Source: Pseudovirgaria hyperparasitica
Lineage: Eukaryota
NCBI GenBank assembly: GCA_010093815.1
Contig: ML996585.1
Reading direction: 5' to 3' (one strand)
Length of the DNA stretch: 64,000 nt
The first letter of the stretch is position 1. Each line of letters begins with the position of its first letter. The notes beneath the pieces were generated by a model. That model saw only the letters and a program-made list of their open reading frames with translations. It made no database searches and was not told the DNA's origin. Shown here piece by piece: positions 63,901-64,000 of this stretch. The translations under genes were made by a program, and so were the position numbers.

Positions 63901-64000
63901 AATTAACCACGCCCTTAATTAAAAATCGATACTAATAAATCGTGCTCCTAGCTACGCCGAGTAATTCTATATACTTTTTATAACTTATAGGCGCGGCGTT
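60962..64000 (+). mobile_element. second RIP-degraded Gypsy-type element (gag and protease relics), 3'-truncated by the window
   Basis: De-RIP reading gives gag-like EIGFF.PDLD..FGDGDI at ~62030 and protease-like ICLDTG...EVHILD.LQADLLLGMDV at ~63500-63780. Its 5' end probably lies just left of the LINE insertion (~55560-55657). Confidence 0.65.

Larger units (their letters stand above)
43695..64000. other. RIP-degraded AT-rich transposon nest
   Basis: Strong TpA excess with CpA/TpG depletion while CpG is retained; almost no ORFs; retroelement motifs interrupted by TAA/TAG. Confidence 0.95.

Noticed and set aside
43695..64000. Calling the AT-rich block a centromere
   Set aside because: RIPed TE nests also occur on chromosome arms. 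The nearby SCM3 gene is not evidence. CENP-A ChIP or Hi-C would be needed.

Overview
Filamentous ascomycete (Pezizomycotina) genomic DNA with two compartments. About 1-43.7 kb is a gene-dense, intron-containing housekeeping region: an APH-family phosphotransferase, SmG, NTR2-like, a Cys-rich single-pass membrane protein, SCM3, ATG6, an OSCA/TMEM63 channel, an F-box-like protein, LSM2, a methyltransferase-domain protein, RPE1, a membrane alpha/beta-hydrolase, PPE1, UTP23, a DUF726 protein, NOP14 and a second APH-family gene. About 43.7-64 kb is an AT-rich nest of retroelements degraded by repeat-induced point mutation (RIP), and it can still be dissected by eye. It holds a ~934-bp tRNA-headed SINE with an 18-bp TSD whose 3' tail matches the neighbouring Tad1-like LINE, a 580-bp TRIM with a Tf1-style self-priming site, and a full-length LINE carrying the same palindrome in both UTRs. 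It also holds an 8-kb chromodomain Gypsy element and a second Gypsy running off the window end. The most notable observation is inside the 8-kb Gypsy: an extra, spliced, antisense ~396-codon gene (Cys/His-rich core, coiled-coil tail) between pol and the 3' LTR. All product names come from recognising motifs by eye; no searches were run.
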